A stretch of DNA of 64,000 nt from Octopus sinensis (taxonomy: Eukaryota): contig NC_043005.1 of NCBI RefSeq assembly GCF_006345805.1, positions 44,888,001-44,952,000 of the forward strand, given 5' to 3'. Made by a program: the position numbers and the translations under genes. Each line of letters begins with the position of its first letter. The stretch's first letter is position 1. The notes beneath the pieces were generated by a model, which saw only the letters and a list, made by a program, of their open reading frames with translations, was not told the DNA's origin and searched no databases. Shown piece by piece: positions 39,293 to 53,710 of the stretch.

Positions 39293-40366
39293 CATACACA
39301 AACACACACAAGTATATATACATATGATAGGCTTCTTTCATTTTCCATCTACCAAATCCACTTGGGGCTATAGTAGAAGACACTTGTCCAAGTTACCAGC
39401 AGTGGGACTGAATCTGAAACCCCATGGTTGGATGATCCAGCCTGTGCGTATGTGACGGCTGTGCCTATGTTATTCAGAAAAGGAAATGAAATGTTCAATT
39501 ATTTTACAAATTGTTCAAGAAATGAGGAATTTCAAATGCATTGCATGGTACAGAAGATGTGGGATGGTGATGGTGGTGAAGATGATGATGATGATGGTGA
39601 TGATGATGGTGGTGGTGGTGGTGGTGGTGGTGGTGATGAAGAAGAAGCAGATAATGTGCAACATATAATTATGGGAAGTGATTATGGGAAGGATATCTAT
39701 GATAATACACAGTCGCTCTGACGAGCCTAAAGGTTCTGAAGATAAGAAACAGTGTGTTTTCATTGGAGTTTTATTGGATATTTTTGACTGAAATGTTTAA
39801 GAGTTAGCAAGTAATTGTGATTTAAAGTCATATCAAATTTCTCCTTCAGTTTTGTGTGCATAAATGAACCATACAATTTCACTTTTATTCATTCACCATA
39901 TTTATAATTTTTTAAATAATATTTATCATTTCTTCTTTAAATATCTATAATTTCTTTTTTGTTTAAATATTTATAGCCTTAATCTTCATTAAATTAGCAA
40001 ATTAGAAATGAAACTTTAACGCTGATATCATCTTCTGTAATGAGTATGACATCGGTGAAGGTAGTCAATCAAATATGAAGGACACAAGTAAAACAACATG
40101 TGTAAATATTCATAAGAGCTACAGGGCCATATTTACTTAATAGGACATGTGTTTTCATGTGGACAGAAGATAATTTTTGGCAGTAAATTCATTCTTTTCT
40201 TTCCGTTTTCTTCCTTAGTCATTTAAAAGATCATTTAGAGTTCTGCTTCTTATTGAGTTCTTTGGATTGTGTGTTGAGTTTCATTTACAAGGAGAATTAT
40301 TTCTAGTAACATCATTAATGATAGGAGGAGTGTCAGTACAGCTCTGATCTAATCTAATCCAATCTA

Positions 40367-40576
40367 CAAGGGGTTTCTGGAAAGTTCTTGGCTTTAAGGA
40401 TATCGTGAAAGGTCTAGTTGGAGGCCCAACCTTCTGAGTTCTTTTACAGGATATAGAAAAACTGAAGGACTATAGCAAAAGGTATGTGAATCTGGGAGGG
40501 GTATATATTGAATAAAATCATAATTTTTTTTTGTTTTTTTTGTACCCAAAGCCAGAAACTTTGCAGCAGCCCCTCA
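40367..40576 (-). mobile_element. mariner-derived MITE, second copy
   Basis: Reverse-complement match to 32101-32317; TA-flanked. Confidence 0.7.
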
Positions 40577-43500
40577 TAATGTTCATCTGTATTTTCGACG
40601 ATGACCAGGACATCACATGGGAGAGGAAGCTGGGTCACAGTGTGTCCAGCTGTGGCCAATCAAGACAATGTGTGCTTGGAAGGTTCTGCCACAGTTTGGG
40701 CATTGATGGTCTACTGGGAATGAAGGAAGGAGTTGACTCTAGACTTGCATAGCTCATATTTTCTTTGTGTTCCTTTGATCCTATTCTGTTCCTCTAGAGG
40801 ACTTTTGGAGTAACATTACATGACAAAGTGCAAAGTTTAGAGACCAGGGAGTCTCTTCAGGTCGTGCTGCTACTTCTCAGCACTGAAAGCTCACAGCTCT
40901 GTTACAATGGCCATCGGATTAGAATGTCACAAGAGGAATTCTTCAAGCCAAGTCAACTAGGAGACTTAGAAATAGAGCAAGAATGAGATGGTTTGAGAAT
41001 ATCCAGTTTTAGCTGGCCACACTTGGAAATTCAGTTGGAAAATTTAAATGATGGCTGCTTCTGATGCCTGAAGACGCTGTCCCTATGACCCTGGATGGAT
41101 AAGAGCTATGGCGTGCTAAATAAAAGGATGATGATACAGAAGTTTTTGAAACTTGGACAGCTCTAAAGTCTACACTCTTAAAGTTAAACCCTCATATTAT
41201 GGCTCAATCTACTCATCTGGACTTGTCAAGGAATTTATGAATGTACTGATAATAAGGACCCTTCAACCCTTTAGCATTTAAACTAGTCATATCTGGCCAA
41301 ACTATTCAACTTCTTTTATGCTCAAATTGTCCAGATCTAGCCTTTCACACCAACCCTACAATATCATTCTAAAAATTAACAGCTACCTCATCAAAATTGC
41401 AAAGCTATGAGATAACGCATGATTAATTCAAAACAATGTGAATAAATAAGCATTACTTTCAGCAGAATGATGTAAATATTAAATGGTTAAGTTTTTAGAA
41501 AAATGACTTTAGATGTAATAATTGTAAATATAAATATAAAAAAGATAATTCACTCAGAGCTTCAAGTATTATTATGAAACATTCTAACAATAATAATGTT
41601 AGCACTTCTAATAGAAATAACAATAATATCAATTATTATTATAATATGTAGTGCTACTAGGAAAACTTTGAATGTGTGAAGGTTCATAAGAACTGGTATA
41701 GTAATATGATCCCACTATAAGTACAAATACAAAGAATTGATAGAGAAATGTCAGGCATGTTTTAACAGAATATTGAAAATGAATGACATTCACTTGCAAC
41801 AGCCACAGGACTTCATTGAAGACAAGGTGTACTTACAGATGTGTGTGTGTGTGTGTGTACATAATTGTTGACATCATGAGAATATTATAATCCTTCGAGA
41901 GAACAATTCTTTTTTGGATAAGTGAATCTCAAAGCACAGAAAACTATTGCTAATAATAGCATGCAAATATTGGACGGAAATGTCCTTTTTGATAGAAAAT
42001 TCAAAGGCTGTCCATAGGACACATATTATTTTTCTATTCAAAGGGGATTTTTAAAGTTAATATTTAATTTTTGCTATTTATTGCTTCATGTGAAGGCAGA
42101 GAGCTGGCAGGATCTTTAGCATCATGGACAAAATGCCAATAAACATTTTGTCCATCTTTACATTCTGAGTTCAGATTCTGCCAAGCTTGATCTTTACTTT
42201 TGTCCTTTCAGGGTGAATAAAATAAGTACCAGTCAAGTTCTGTGGTTGATGAAATCAAGTAGCCACCTCCCCTAAAATTTCAGGCTTTGCAACTATAGTA
42301 GAAAGGATTATTTATTGCTTTACTTGCTTTGAGATCCACTGCTCCCAAAAAAGAATTATATATATATATATATATATATATTATGTGTGTGTGTGCAAAT
42401 GTTCTTTATGCCTTCCAAAACCGAGCTGCTGATTTTGACATAAGGGGTATCAAAAGATTCAGTAAACTTTTGCCTACCAACTAAGCTATATTTTCATTCA
42501 CATATTTGCAGTACAAAAATTTAACATTATCATTTTTGTTTCAGTCACCTATCATAAACGACATTTTATATCACCATCACAATGACTATGACATCACATT
42601 TTCTATATTCGCATGTTTGTTACCTACATTAGGCTGATGACGGACAAGTATATGTGTGTGACAGTGTATGTATCTCAGTATACATACATTTTCATGATGA
42701 CTGACACACACATCTAAAGACAGAGACAGACACATACAGGGACAGAGATAGGCTTCAGGTGTGTGTTAATGTACGTGTGTGTGTGTGTGTGTGTGTGTCT
42801 TAGTTTATCTATGTAATTCCCCACCCCCACTGCAACAGTGAAATGCACCGATATTGAAAGTTTACTTGCAGCCTGGACTTCAAACAAACAACAACGTTCA
42901 CTTTCAAATAGTACCAAAATGAAGATTTGGCTGATTTAACACCACTCACAATACTCACAAATATATCTGGAAAAAAAAATTATTTTGGTTATTATAACAA
43001 ATTCGGAAACTTGGCGAAGTAGAAAGTCACAGCAGCTCTTTCAATATAATTACACAAATGTTATTCCACACCTTCTAACCAGTTTCAAGATAATGTTTTT
43101 TTTTTAACAGTCCTAGTATTCCTCATCACTGCGAGTATCAACGTCGCACAAACTTTTTACTGCGTTACTCAGTATTTTTCATTCCTCCTGAGTGTTAAAC
43201 TAAAACACCTGCTTGTTGTTCTTTCAATTGTCTTTGTCTTTTGTTTACTGTAAATTTGAACTCTATAAATATACATATAAATACATACACACACACACAC
43301 ACACACTCCTTTTCCATACTATTCTCTTGGCCCTTTTAAAAATATAGACATTCAAGACTGCATATTGTGCACATTATTACAATTTATTCTTCTCTTATCC
43401 TCACATATGTATCTCTTTCCTTCCTTTCTTTCTTCCCATACTTCTTTGTTCTCTCTTTCACCATTAAGATTTCATTTGAGGTCTACTCTGGATATGTGTA

Positions 43501-43960
43501 TCACAGTTAAATTAAGTAGGTGCAGATGTTCTTGTGTCGATAGGCACAGGTGTCGATGTGCGGTAGGTAGCTTGCTTCCAAACCACATGGTTCCATGTTC
43601 AGTCACACTGCATGGTACCTTGGACATGTGTCTTCCACTATAGCTTTGGGCCTCATGAATGCATGTGGTTTAGTGGTTAAGATATTTAAATCATGACTGT
43701 AAGATTGTAGTTTCAATTCCTGAACTGGGTGGGTGATACGTTGTGTTCTTGAGCAAAACACATCATTTCACATTGCTCCAGTCCACTCAACTGGTAAAAA
43801 TGAGTAATCCTGCGACGGATTGGGGTCCCGGCCAGGTGGGGAATATATATGTCATGGAAACCAAGAAACTGGCCCTTATGAGTCTTGAAAAAGTAGCCTA
43901 AAGGTACAGCTTTGGGCTGACCAGAGCTTTACAGGTGGATCTAGTAGACAGAAACTGAAA

Positions 43961-44195
43961 GGCGGCGAGCCGGCAGAAACATTAGCACGCCGGGCGAAAT
44001 GCTTAGCAGTATTTCATCTGCCACTACGTTCTGAGTTCAAATTCCACCGAGGTCGACTTTGCCTTTCATCCTTTCGGGGTTGATAAATTAAGTACCAGTT
44101 AAGCACTGGGGTCAATGTAATCGACTTAATCCGTTTGTCTGTCCTTGTTTGTCCCCTTTATGTTTGGCCCCATGTGGGCAATAAAGAAATAAGAA
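43961..44195 (+). mobile_element. SINE family B, well-preserved copy nested in a family A copy
   Basis: Interrupts family A at …AACTGAAAG; the family A sequence resumes with AAATTGAAAGAAGC after the A-rich tail. Confidence 0.8.
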
Positions 44196-44859
44196 ATTGA
44201 AAGAAGCTTGTCATATGTGTGTGTGTGTGTGCATGTGCATGTGTGTGTTTGTGTGTGTGTGTGTGTTTGTTTGTGTGTGTCTCTTTGTGTCTGTGTTTAT
44301 CCCCCACCATTGCTTGATAACCAGTGTTGGTGTATTTATATTCCTGTAACTTAGCAGTTCAGCAAAATAGACCAATAGAATAAGTACTGGGTTTAAAAAA
44401 TAATAAGTACAGGAGCTGATTCATTTGACTAAAAATTCTTCAAGGTAGTGCTCCCGCATGGCCACAGTTAAACATAACTGAAACAAGTAAGAGATATAAG
44501 ATAAAAATATCCTTTCCACTTCAACAGTTAGTTTTACACTTCAGTCTTGTTTTTTTTTCTCTCTCTCCCTCTTTCACACCCACTCTCTCTTTCCCTCTAT
44601 CTCTCTTTCACTCTCTCTATGTTTGGTAAACTGCATAACCCTTAAAGAAGCACGGAGTCAGTGCCTTTGGTCATTTTATTCTATGAAAAATTGAATTAGT
44701 TGGAATTCCTTTCTCTGTAGACAATAAATGTAAAATAATTATATTGGTGTTAATAAAGCATTTCTTTTTATAGATTTTGCCTGCAGATCATCTTTCTTTG
44801 ATGTGTGTCTGATAAGGTTTCTCTTTTAAAAGGAAACAATCTTGAGGATGAAGGAAATG

Positions 44860-45369
44860 GTGGAATTCTGCTTCAGGCACACCATATAACCCCTCGTAAC
44901 ATTTTTATTTTTTGGAGGTTTTAAAAAATTTTTGCAAATTTGTTTTCCATATATGGAAATTCATATGATTACGCAAAAACCAAACGAAAAAAATTTTGGT
45001 GCATGATTTAAGAGCTATTTAGCTGTTACTTTTAGTACATCTCAAGAGTACCTGCTATTTTTAGCACATCTCACGACCACCTCATACTCTCCTTGTTTGT
45101 CACTCTGATGTAATGATACTTTTCAATATCTTTCTCACCATAAACACATTTAATGATCTATTGCTGGGATTCAAGCCAAAAATTCAGTATTTTAAATTAT
45201 GATTTTAAAAAAAAAAGATTTGAAAAATTTTTTTTAAATCTTTTAAATTTTTTTTCATAGTCATGTGAATTCCCCTGTGTAAAATACAAATTTGCAAAAA
45301 TTTTCTGAAAATTCCAAAAAATAAAAAAGTTATGAGGGGTTATATGGCTTGCTTGAAGCAGAATTCTAC
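44860..45369. mobile_element. MITE with about 130-bp imperfect TIRs
   Basis: GTGGAATTCTGCTTCAGGCACACCATATAACCCCTCGTAAC… versus the reverse complement GTAGAATTCTGCTTCAAGCAAGCCATATAACCCCTCATAAC…. Confidence 0.75.
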
Positions 45370-48227
45370 GAAAATGTTAGCCAAAGGACAAGATGTAATA
45401 TAGCCAATAAGTACATACAAAGATTGGCAAGTATTAGTAGGTGTTAAAGTTATTAATTTACATTCAGATTATAGTTGTTCTAGGAATTAAAGGCTATTAG
45501 CAACCACCGAAGGAAAACCACTGAAGATTGCATGCAGATTAATCAGATCTGAGTGCCAACAAATGTTTAAAAATTTATTATTTTACCCAGTAAGTAGCTT
45601 GAAATAAATAAATTAAAAGGATGAAAAAATAACCAACAAAGAACCCCAAAAAACAAAGAAGAATTCTCTGATGCTGTGCAAGTATGGACGACAGATATTA
45701 AAATATGATGAGATAGAATTAATTCCAAGATGCTGACCAAGAAAATGAAAATGTGAAAAAAAAACAAGTATTCTTGAGCCAAATGTTCTCTTATCTCTTA
45801 TTTCATATCTTTATTTGTTTCAGTCATTAGACTGCGGCCATGCTGGGGCACAACCTGGAAGAATATTTTAGTCACACAAATCAACTTTAATACTTATATT
45901 TTCATGACTGATACTTATTCTATTGGTTTCTTTTGCTGAGCCTCTAATTATGGGGACATATGCACACCAACAATGATTGTCAAGTGGGGGGAGAGACAAA
46001 CACAGACACAAAGACACATAAATATATATCTGTGTGTATACATATATATATATATGACAGGCTTCTTTCAGTTTCCATCTACCAAATCTATTCACAAGTC
46101 TTTTGATGGCCCAAGGCTATAGTAGAAGACACTTGCTCAAGGTGCCACACAGTGGGACTGAACCTGGAACCATGTGGTTGGGAAGCTTTTTCCAGTTTCT
46201 ACCTACCAAATCCACTCACATGGTTTTGGCCAGCCCAAAGCTATAGTAGAAGACACTTGGCCAAGGTGCCATGCAGTGGGACAGAACCTGAAACCATGTG
46301 GTTGGGAACCAGACTTCTTACTACACAGACACACTGTACCTATTTATTCTTCTGGAGTGGATGAAGTACTACAAGGTATACATTGTGATAGATTTATTCA
46401 ACAATATCTTATTTTACCGACCTACATAACTATCCTATATTTTTTTACTACTCTCAGTATGAGGTCTTTTGTGGGATCTGTTGACCTAATAAAAATAGCA
46501 GCCAAACATTCCATAGGGCACACTCTGCTGTTTTAGATAAAAAAGAAAAAAAGATACTGATAAAGTAGTCCTAAATCACACCAAATAAATGAGAGGGTCA
46601 CAGCTGGAATGCCTTCTATAATATGCCAGTATGATTAAGGCTGGTTTGAGGCTAAGTAACAACAACTACAACAACAACCATAACAACAGCAGCAACAATA
46701 TTGTGTATAATGAACAAATATCACAATGGAACACCACTCATTTGACAGTTACTCTTAGTTTATGAAATATTTATGAATTATTTTGTCTTGAACTACATAT
46801 ATAGGGACTCCAGTATTCAATGAGGTATTATTTTGTTTGATTTCAGGGAGATTTGGCTGCTATTTCTAGCAGATCAAGTAACCATGCAATAAATTTTGTT
46901 TCTGTTATATGCATGTTAACCCAATTAATGTGTAAAAGTTATGAAATAGCAAGAATTTGAAAGGGAAATGGTCCTGAGTTCAGTCCCGCTATGTGGTACC
47001 TTGGACAAGTGTCTTCTGCTATAGCCTTGGGCTGACCAAAACCTTGTAAGTGGATTTGGTAGATGGAAACTGAAAGAAGCCCATCATATATAAGTATGTA
47101 TGTCTCTTTGTGTCTATCCTCCACCACCACTTGACAATCAGTGTTTGTGTGTTTACATCCCTATAACTTAGCAAAAGAGACTGATGGAATAAGTACTAGG
47201 CTTTTAAAAAAAAAATCCTGTGGTCAACTTATTCAACTAAAATCCTTCAAGGCAGCATCCCATCATGGCCACAGTAAAATGACTGAAAGAAGTAAAAGAT
47301 AAAAGATAAGAGATTCAAGTATTGTCATTATCTTTCCAAATCCTGTTGCATTTCACCTGGAATTTTGAATCTTCCAAAGTTCTCTTGGTGTATAAGACTT
47401 ACCTCTTTTGGGGGTGTACACTTTGGTCTAAAAAATTCAACTTGTATGCCAGAAAACACGGTATTATTATTATAAGGGGGCGAGTTGGCAGAAATGTTAG
47501 CATGCTGGGTGAACTGCTAAGCAGTATTTTGTCTGCTGCTATGTTCTGAGTTCAAATTCTGCCGAGGTCGACTTTGCCTTTCATCCTTTCGGGGTCGATT
47601 AAATAAGTACCAGTTATGCACTGGGGTCGATATAATCGACTTAATACATTTGTCTGTCCTTGTTTGTCCCCTCTGTGTGTAGCCCCTTGTTGGCAGTAAA
47701 GAAATAAGAAAACATGGCATTATTTGTTTTTTACCGTAATTTTTGAATAATAATGTTGTTAGTTACAAGTTTCTAATAAGCCACTTTGGTTCATTGCAAA
47801 TCTGATAGCAAAAATGACAAAGAATGTCATCTATAACTTGGTGCTGTGTAAGAGACGCTTGTCTAAAAGGCTGTACAGTGAGATTGAACCAAGAACCACG
47901 TGGCTGCAAGCCAAACTCTTAAGCAATATAGCCATGCCTGTCAACTTACAGATCTAATGTTTTAAGGAAAGGCATGAATGGTATAATTTCCCATTTTTCA
48001 CACCTGAATATCTCTAAAGTTTATGCTTAATTAAGAAAACATAATTCACTGTTTTATTTCATTTCTATTTTTTTCTGTCGCAATTTCCACAACTTAATAG
48101 GAATTCTATAACCTTTTGATTTAGTGGTTTCCACCTTAAACTTCATATGGTTTAATGGATGCTTGATGGTGAAGCAAACTTGCCAACAAATTAATTATGA
48201 GGCTATCAAACACTTGGTTATTTGTGA

Positions 48228-48545
48228 AGGCGCATGACTTAGTAGTTACAGTATTCAGCTCATGATCGTAAGGCCAGGAGTTCAGTTCCCTGTGGCAAGT
48301 GTCTTGAGCAAGACACTTTATTTCTCATTACTCCAATCCGCTCAGCTGGCAAAAATAAGTAATACCTGTATTTCAAAGGGCCAGCCTTGTCACATTCAGT
48401 GTGTTATGCTGAATCTGCCAGAGAACTATGTTAAGGATATGCATGTCTATGGAGTGCTCAACCACTTGCACATTAATTTCATGAGCAGGTTGTTCTGTTG
48501 ATTGGATCAACTGGAACACACATCATCATAACTGGTCGAGTGCCA
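48228..48545 (+). mobile_element. tRNA-derived SINE, family D (GGCGCATGGCTTAGTGGTTAG head; TTGAGCAAGACACTTTATTTC core)
   Basis: Copies at about 24870-24930 (head only), 43655-43870, 48665-48970, 54063-54395 and 58965-59222(-). Confidence 0.75.
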
Positions 48546-50258
48546 GTTAGTTATTTAGCCAATTATTCATATTCCACTGAAGCTGTTATGTTGTTGTTTA
48601 GTGCCAAGTCAGTTGTAACCACTCCATTGTTTAGAGGTGTTTAAGACAACATTATCTAATGCACGTGAAAGCTCATGGCTCAGTAGTTAGATTGTCAGGC
48701 TCACAATCATGAGGTAGTGAGTTCAATTCCCAGACTGGGCTCTGTGTTGTATCCTTGAGCAAGACACTTTATTTCATGTTGCTCCAGGTCACTCAGATGT
48801 AGAAATGAGTTGCAATGTCACTAGTACTAAGCTGTATTGGTCTTTGCTTTTCCCTTGGTGTGGAGAGGAGAGACTGGTATGCATGAGCAACTGCTGGTCT
48901 TCCATAAATGATCTTGCCTGGACTTGCATCTTGGAGGATAACTTTCTAGGTGCAATCCCTTGGACATGAAGGGGATCTTTACATTATCTAGTGCATCCTC
49001 TTTTTTTAAAAAGTAATACTATCTCATTTGAGTAGAATTTAATTGACATTTCTAGTAGATTGAATGACTGCATAGATGTTCCATTGTCATGATATCTCTG
49101 AGAAAAAACAAGCCTAAATACCATGTTGATGTCGATAGTTAAATGTGATGCATCAATCAGACAATCCTTTGATTACAGTCATTCCCCGTCAGTGTTGTTC
49201 TCTTATGAGTAATTTGTTCCCAAATTTAGGAAATTTAGGATAAGATTCCTGCTTTAAAATGGGTGAAGAATAAGTTGAGGGAAATTTGAGTGTTTTATAT
49301 TGCATAGCACATGTAACTTTCATGAGGTTTCTCAGCAAAAAGAGACCAACAGAGTGAGCAGCAGACTTAAAAATAAGTACCGGGGGGGGGGGGTATTTTT
49401 ACAACTAAACTCTTCAAGGTGGTGCCCCAGCATGGCCACAGTCCAAAGACTGAAACAAGTAGAAGGTAAAAGACAATCAGCAGGGAATGCATTTCCCACA
49501 ATCCTTTAGAGGGTCTCCAAGATAAGTGGGAAGGAGAAAGGGAGAAAAGTTCCCTCAAATTGGAGTTGTAACTTCAATGCCTACAATAGAGGGAACTCTA
49601 CTAAAGGTACCCCAAAGTACCTGGTGGTGGTATAAAGCAAGATGACAAATTTAGTCCACCACCTAATTAGGCCATGGTAGCAATTGAACTCGGACTGCAA
49701 AGAGTTGGAACAAACACATCAAGACATCCACTCCAACACTCATGCTATTCTATCAATTCCTCATTTTGGATTCATGCATTTTTACCAACCTGGAAAAATG
49801 GCAGTGACTTCAGTGAGATTGGAACTCAGGATCCCAAACATCAGAACGTATACTGTGATATATTCTCTCTGATGCTTTAATGTCTCTAATATCTGAGTAA
49901 CCATCTAGTTAATGGTAGTGATGATGGTTCCATTTATCTCTTTCTAACATCAAACCTTAATGAGTTCCAAGAACTGATGCAACCACATATATTAGAAACT
50001 TCTGCTTATTTTGGTTTTGCTTTTCCTTTTATTTTTCCTTCTTTTATTTCTTCCCCTTCAAATAATTGTTTGATGGAAGCAGACAAAGTTTTATCGTGAA
50101 ATAAGAACAAACTAAGTAACAATGGTAAAAAAAGGAAAGGAAAAAAATCACCCTCACTTTTCAACCACAATTCGTACAATACATACTGTCTGTAAAAATT
50201 CAGCCATAAATAATCAACCTTTAGGTTGTCACCATTACTAATAAACATACATGCACAA

Positions 50259-50293
<35 letters not shown>

Positions 50294-51293
50294 AGATTAT
50301 TTATCTATATTTATTTATTTATCTATCTATTGTCTGTACTGGCAACCAAAATATAAACCACATCAAATAAACCTTCGTGAACTGGAGGGACTTGTCATTC
50401 TTTTTTTGCTTTTTCAAAATGCTACCGGGTATTTTGCTACCGAAATCTTTGTTATTTTTTATCATTATTATTATTTAGAGAATGGAAGAGAGTTTCTCTC
50501 TCTCTTTTGTTTCCTTTATTTTCAATTATGTATAGACAGACATAAAGGATTTCATATTATTTAGATAAATTTCTATAGAGAAGCCTATCTTCTTTCTACC
50601 TATGGAAATATAACCATCCAATAGGAATTCTTATCACACAAATTATGTCAGCAATTCTTTTGTTTGAGAGTTTTACTTATCTCTCTTTATAATCTTCCAC
50701 TATGTCTAGCTTCTTCGTATTGAATAACGAAAGCCAAAACAAATCCCTACAACTGATATAAACTGTAGAAATGGTCAAGGAATGAAACATTTCTGCCAGA
50801 TAAATATAATTAATTCACCATCTATTTTATTTACACTAATCTTTTATCTTAGGTTTAGTACTTATATTATACTTTGTGTACTTTGGCTTCAGACTGTATT
50901 CACTGTCATACAATTGTTACGTAGCTGCACAATAGAACAGTTTTCACAGAGTACAGATATCACATGGCCACAGGGAACACAACACTGTACAGATAGTACA
51001 GTCATCATCTAGTTCACATTACACACTGGAATGCTCCACGTTGCACATAGTCAAGTAGTTACATAGCAATACAGCAATTACTGCATACTCCATCCACACA
51101 ACACCCGATTCAATAGCCATGCAACAGCACATACAGTGCTGTAGACATATAGTATATGCATATGCATACATACATATATATATATATGTATATTGAGCAC
51201 ACATGCATATATTCATAGGTATACATAAGTACACACACACATATATGTAAATATATGTGTGTATAAATATATATGCATATATGTATCTATATT

Positions 51294-51327
<34 letters not shown>

Positions 51328-51422
51328 GGAATATAATTATATATATATACATATACATATATAGATGCATATATATATGTGTGTGTCATGTGTGTGTGTG
51401 CGTATGTATAGTATGCATATGC

Positions 51423-51473
<51 letters not shown>

Positions 51474-53658
51474 TATTTGTACATATATTTGTATGTGTAG
51501 TGAAGTAGTCACACTGCAAATTTAACCACAGTAGTCATGCAAAGTTACATGTAAGGCACTAGTAACATATACTATTTGTGTGTGTGTGTGTATATATATA
51601 TATAAATTATATATTATATATATTTATATATATAAAATCAAAGAGCAGCAATAATACACTCTTCACACTCCATAATAATCATACAACATTGCATGTAAGA
51701 TTTATGATAAACACAACACCATACATTTACAGTGCAACAGTCAAACAGTAACATTTCACCAGACAGTACATAGAGTGTAATGGCCAGACAGTATTGCCTC
51801 ACAGAATACTGCATATAATCCAATAGTTATCCAGTGGCACAGTATGTAATAGTACATATAATGCAATAGCTGTACAGTAGTAATATGTATAGTGTAGTAA
51901 TATTTAGCTACTGACATCATCAACATTTAATTTAGTGTAGCAGTCTTAAAACTGAATTGGAAGATACATTTTATGTAGTACAGTATGCAAATAGCTATAG
52001 TATATGCGATACTACTTATAATATCTTATCTGTACTGGTATACTATATTCTGTAGAGTATAGTACTTGTGAGACTAGTGTATATCATCATGATCATGATC
52101 ATTTAATGTTCATTTTCTATGCTGGCATGGGTTGGATGGTTTGACAGGAGTTGGTAAGCCAGAGAGCTGCACCAAGCTGCAGTTGTCTGTTTTGGCAATG
52201 TCTCTACAGCTGGATGCTCTTCCTAATGCCAACCTCTTCACAGAGTGTACTGGGTGCTTTTTACAGCAAAGGAGTTCTATACATAGTGCCAAAGGAGTTC
52301 TATACATGGTATCAGCAAAGGAGTTCTATATATGAGGCCAGCACAAGTGATTTTTATGTGATACTAGCATGAGTACTTTTTAGATGGGGTCACCATGGGT
52401 ACATTTTATGTGGTGCCAGCATGGGTGCTTTTTACATGGCATCAGCTCAAATGTCTTCACCTGGCACCAACACAGGTGGTGCTTTTTGCATGGCACCAGC
52501 ACAAATGTTTTTTATCTGGCACCAGTGCAGGTGCTTTTTGCATGGCACCAGCACAAATTCTTTCTATGTGTCACAAGCACCCATGGGGTCATCAAGTAGC
52601 TTTGCAAGATAAGAAGCTTTCAGCTGAGAGAGGGAGTGGAGCCAATAGAAGTGGCCTTGTGCCAGGTGAAAGGTCAGAGTATGATAGAGGGTCAGAGACA
52701 GCTGTCTTATTACATAATATAATATATATGTACAGGCATGGCTGTGTGGTTAAGAAGCTCGCTCCCCAATCATGTGATCTTGAGTTCGGTCCCACTGCAT
52801 GGTACCTTCGGCTATAGTCATCAACTCTAGCCATGGGCTGACCAAAACCTTGTGAGTGGATTTGATAGATGAAAACTGAAAGAACCTTATCATGCATATA
52901 TGTATATATGCATGCATGTGTATGCATGTATGCACACATATCTAGACATAGTGTGGTTGCTGTGAATATCATCCTCAAACAAACGAGGTCGTTTGTCTCC
53001 AGTCTTTGTGAAAAACATGTCTATCTATAGGGAAATATTACCTCCACTGTAAACAAGTGAGGATTGGTGACAGGAAGGGCATCCTGATGTAGGAAATCTG
53101 CCCCAACAAATTCTGACTGACCCATGCAAGCGTGGAAAAGTTGTCATTAAGTGATGGTAAAGATATTTACTACATTCTCAACAGTACAGTACATATAAAG
53201 CAACAGTATATCATTTCACATCTTATATACTTTAGTATATACACCGCAAGTCATAGAGTATAGTACACGTATAGTTCTAGTATATAATACACTGTATATG
53301 ACATAATATTTTTGATGTGACTGTTGTGGTTGCATTTCTAAGCCATTATTCACTGTGGTCCTGTACTTCCTGAGTTCATTCACTTCGGTATTGCTTCCTT
53401 CCACTGTATCTGTTATTTTTAATATTTTACTTGTTTTAGACATTAGACTACGGCCATGCTGGGGCACCACCTTGAAAATTTTACTAGTCAACTGAATCAA
53501 TCCCAGTACTTTATTTTTAAGCGTGGTACTTATTTTATTCCACTCCTTTGCCAAGCTGCTAAGTTATGGGAATGAAAACACCCCAAGACTAGCAGTCAAG
53601 TGATGGAGTAGGGGACAAACACAGACACAAAGACACACACACATATATATACATATAC

Positions 53659-53710
<52 letters not shown>

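Noticed and set aside
42634-42670. CTGATGA-C-GGACA… as another hammerhead; also CTGATGA at 5657, 18060(-), 22125 and 28532
   Set aside because: No paired stem II followed by GAAA, and no stem I complement.
42866-42966. Open 101-nt minus-strand segment between TTTTTCCAG and GTAAAC that could splice in phase to 28648
   Set aside because: Peptide is not recognisably protein-like and no compatible upstream exon was found; kept only as a possibility for RNA-seq checking.
50900-53400. TAC/AGT-rich cryptic periodic sequence (50900-51130, 51540-52080, 53160-53400)
   Set aside because: Looks like decayed low-complexity repeat; I could not define a unit or any structure.
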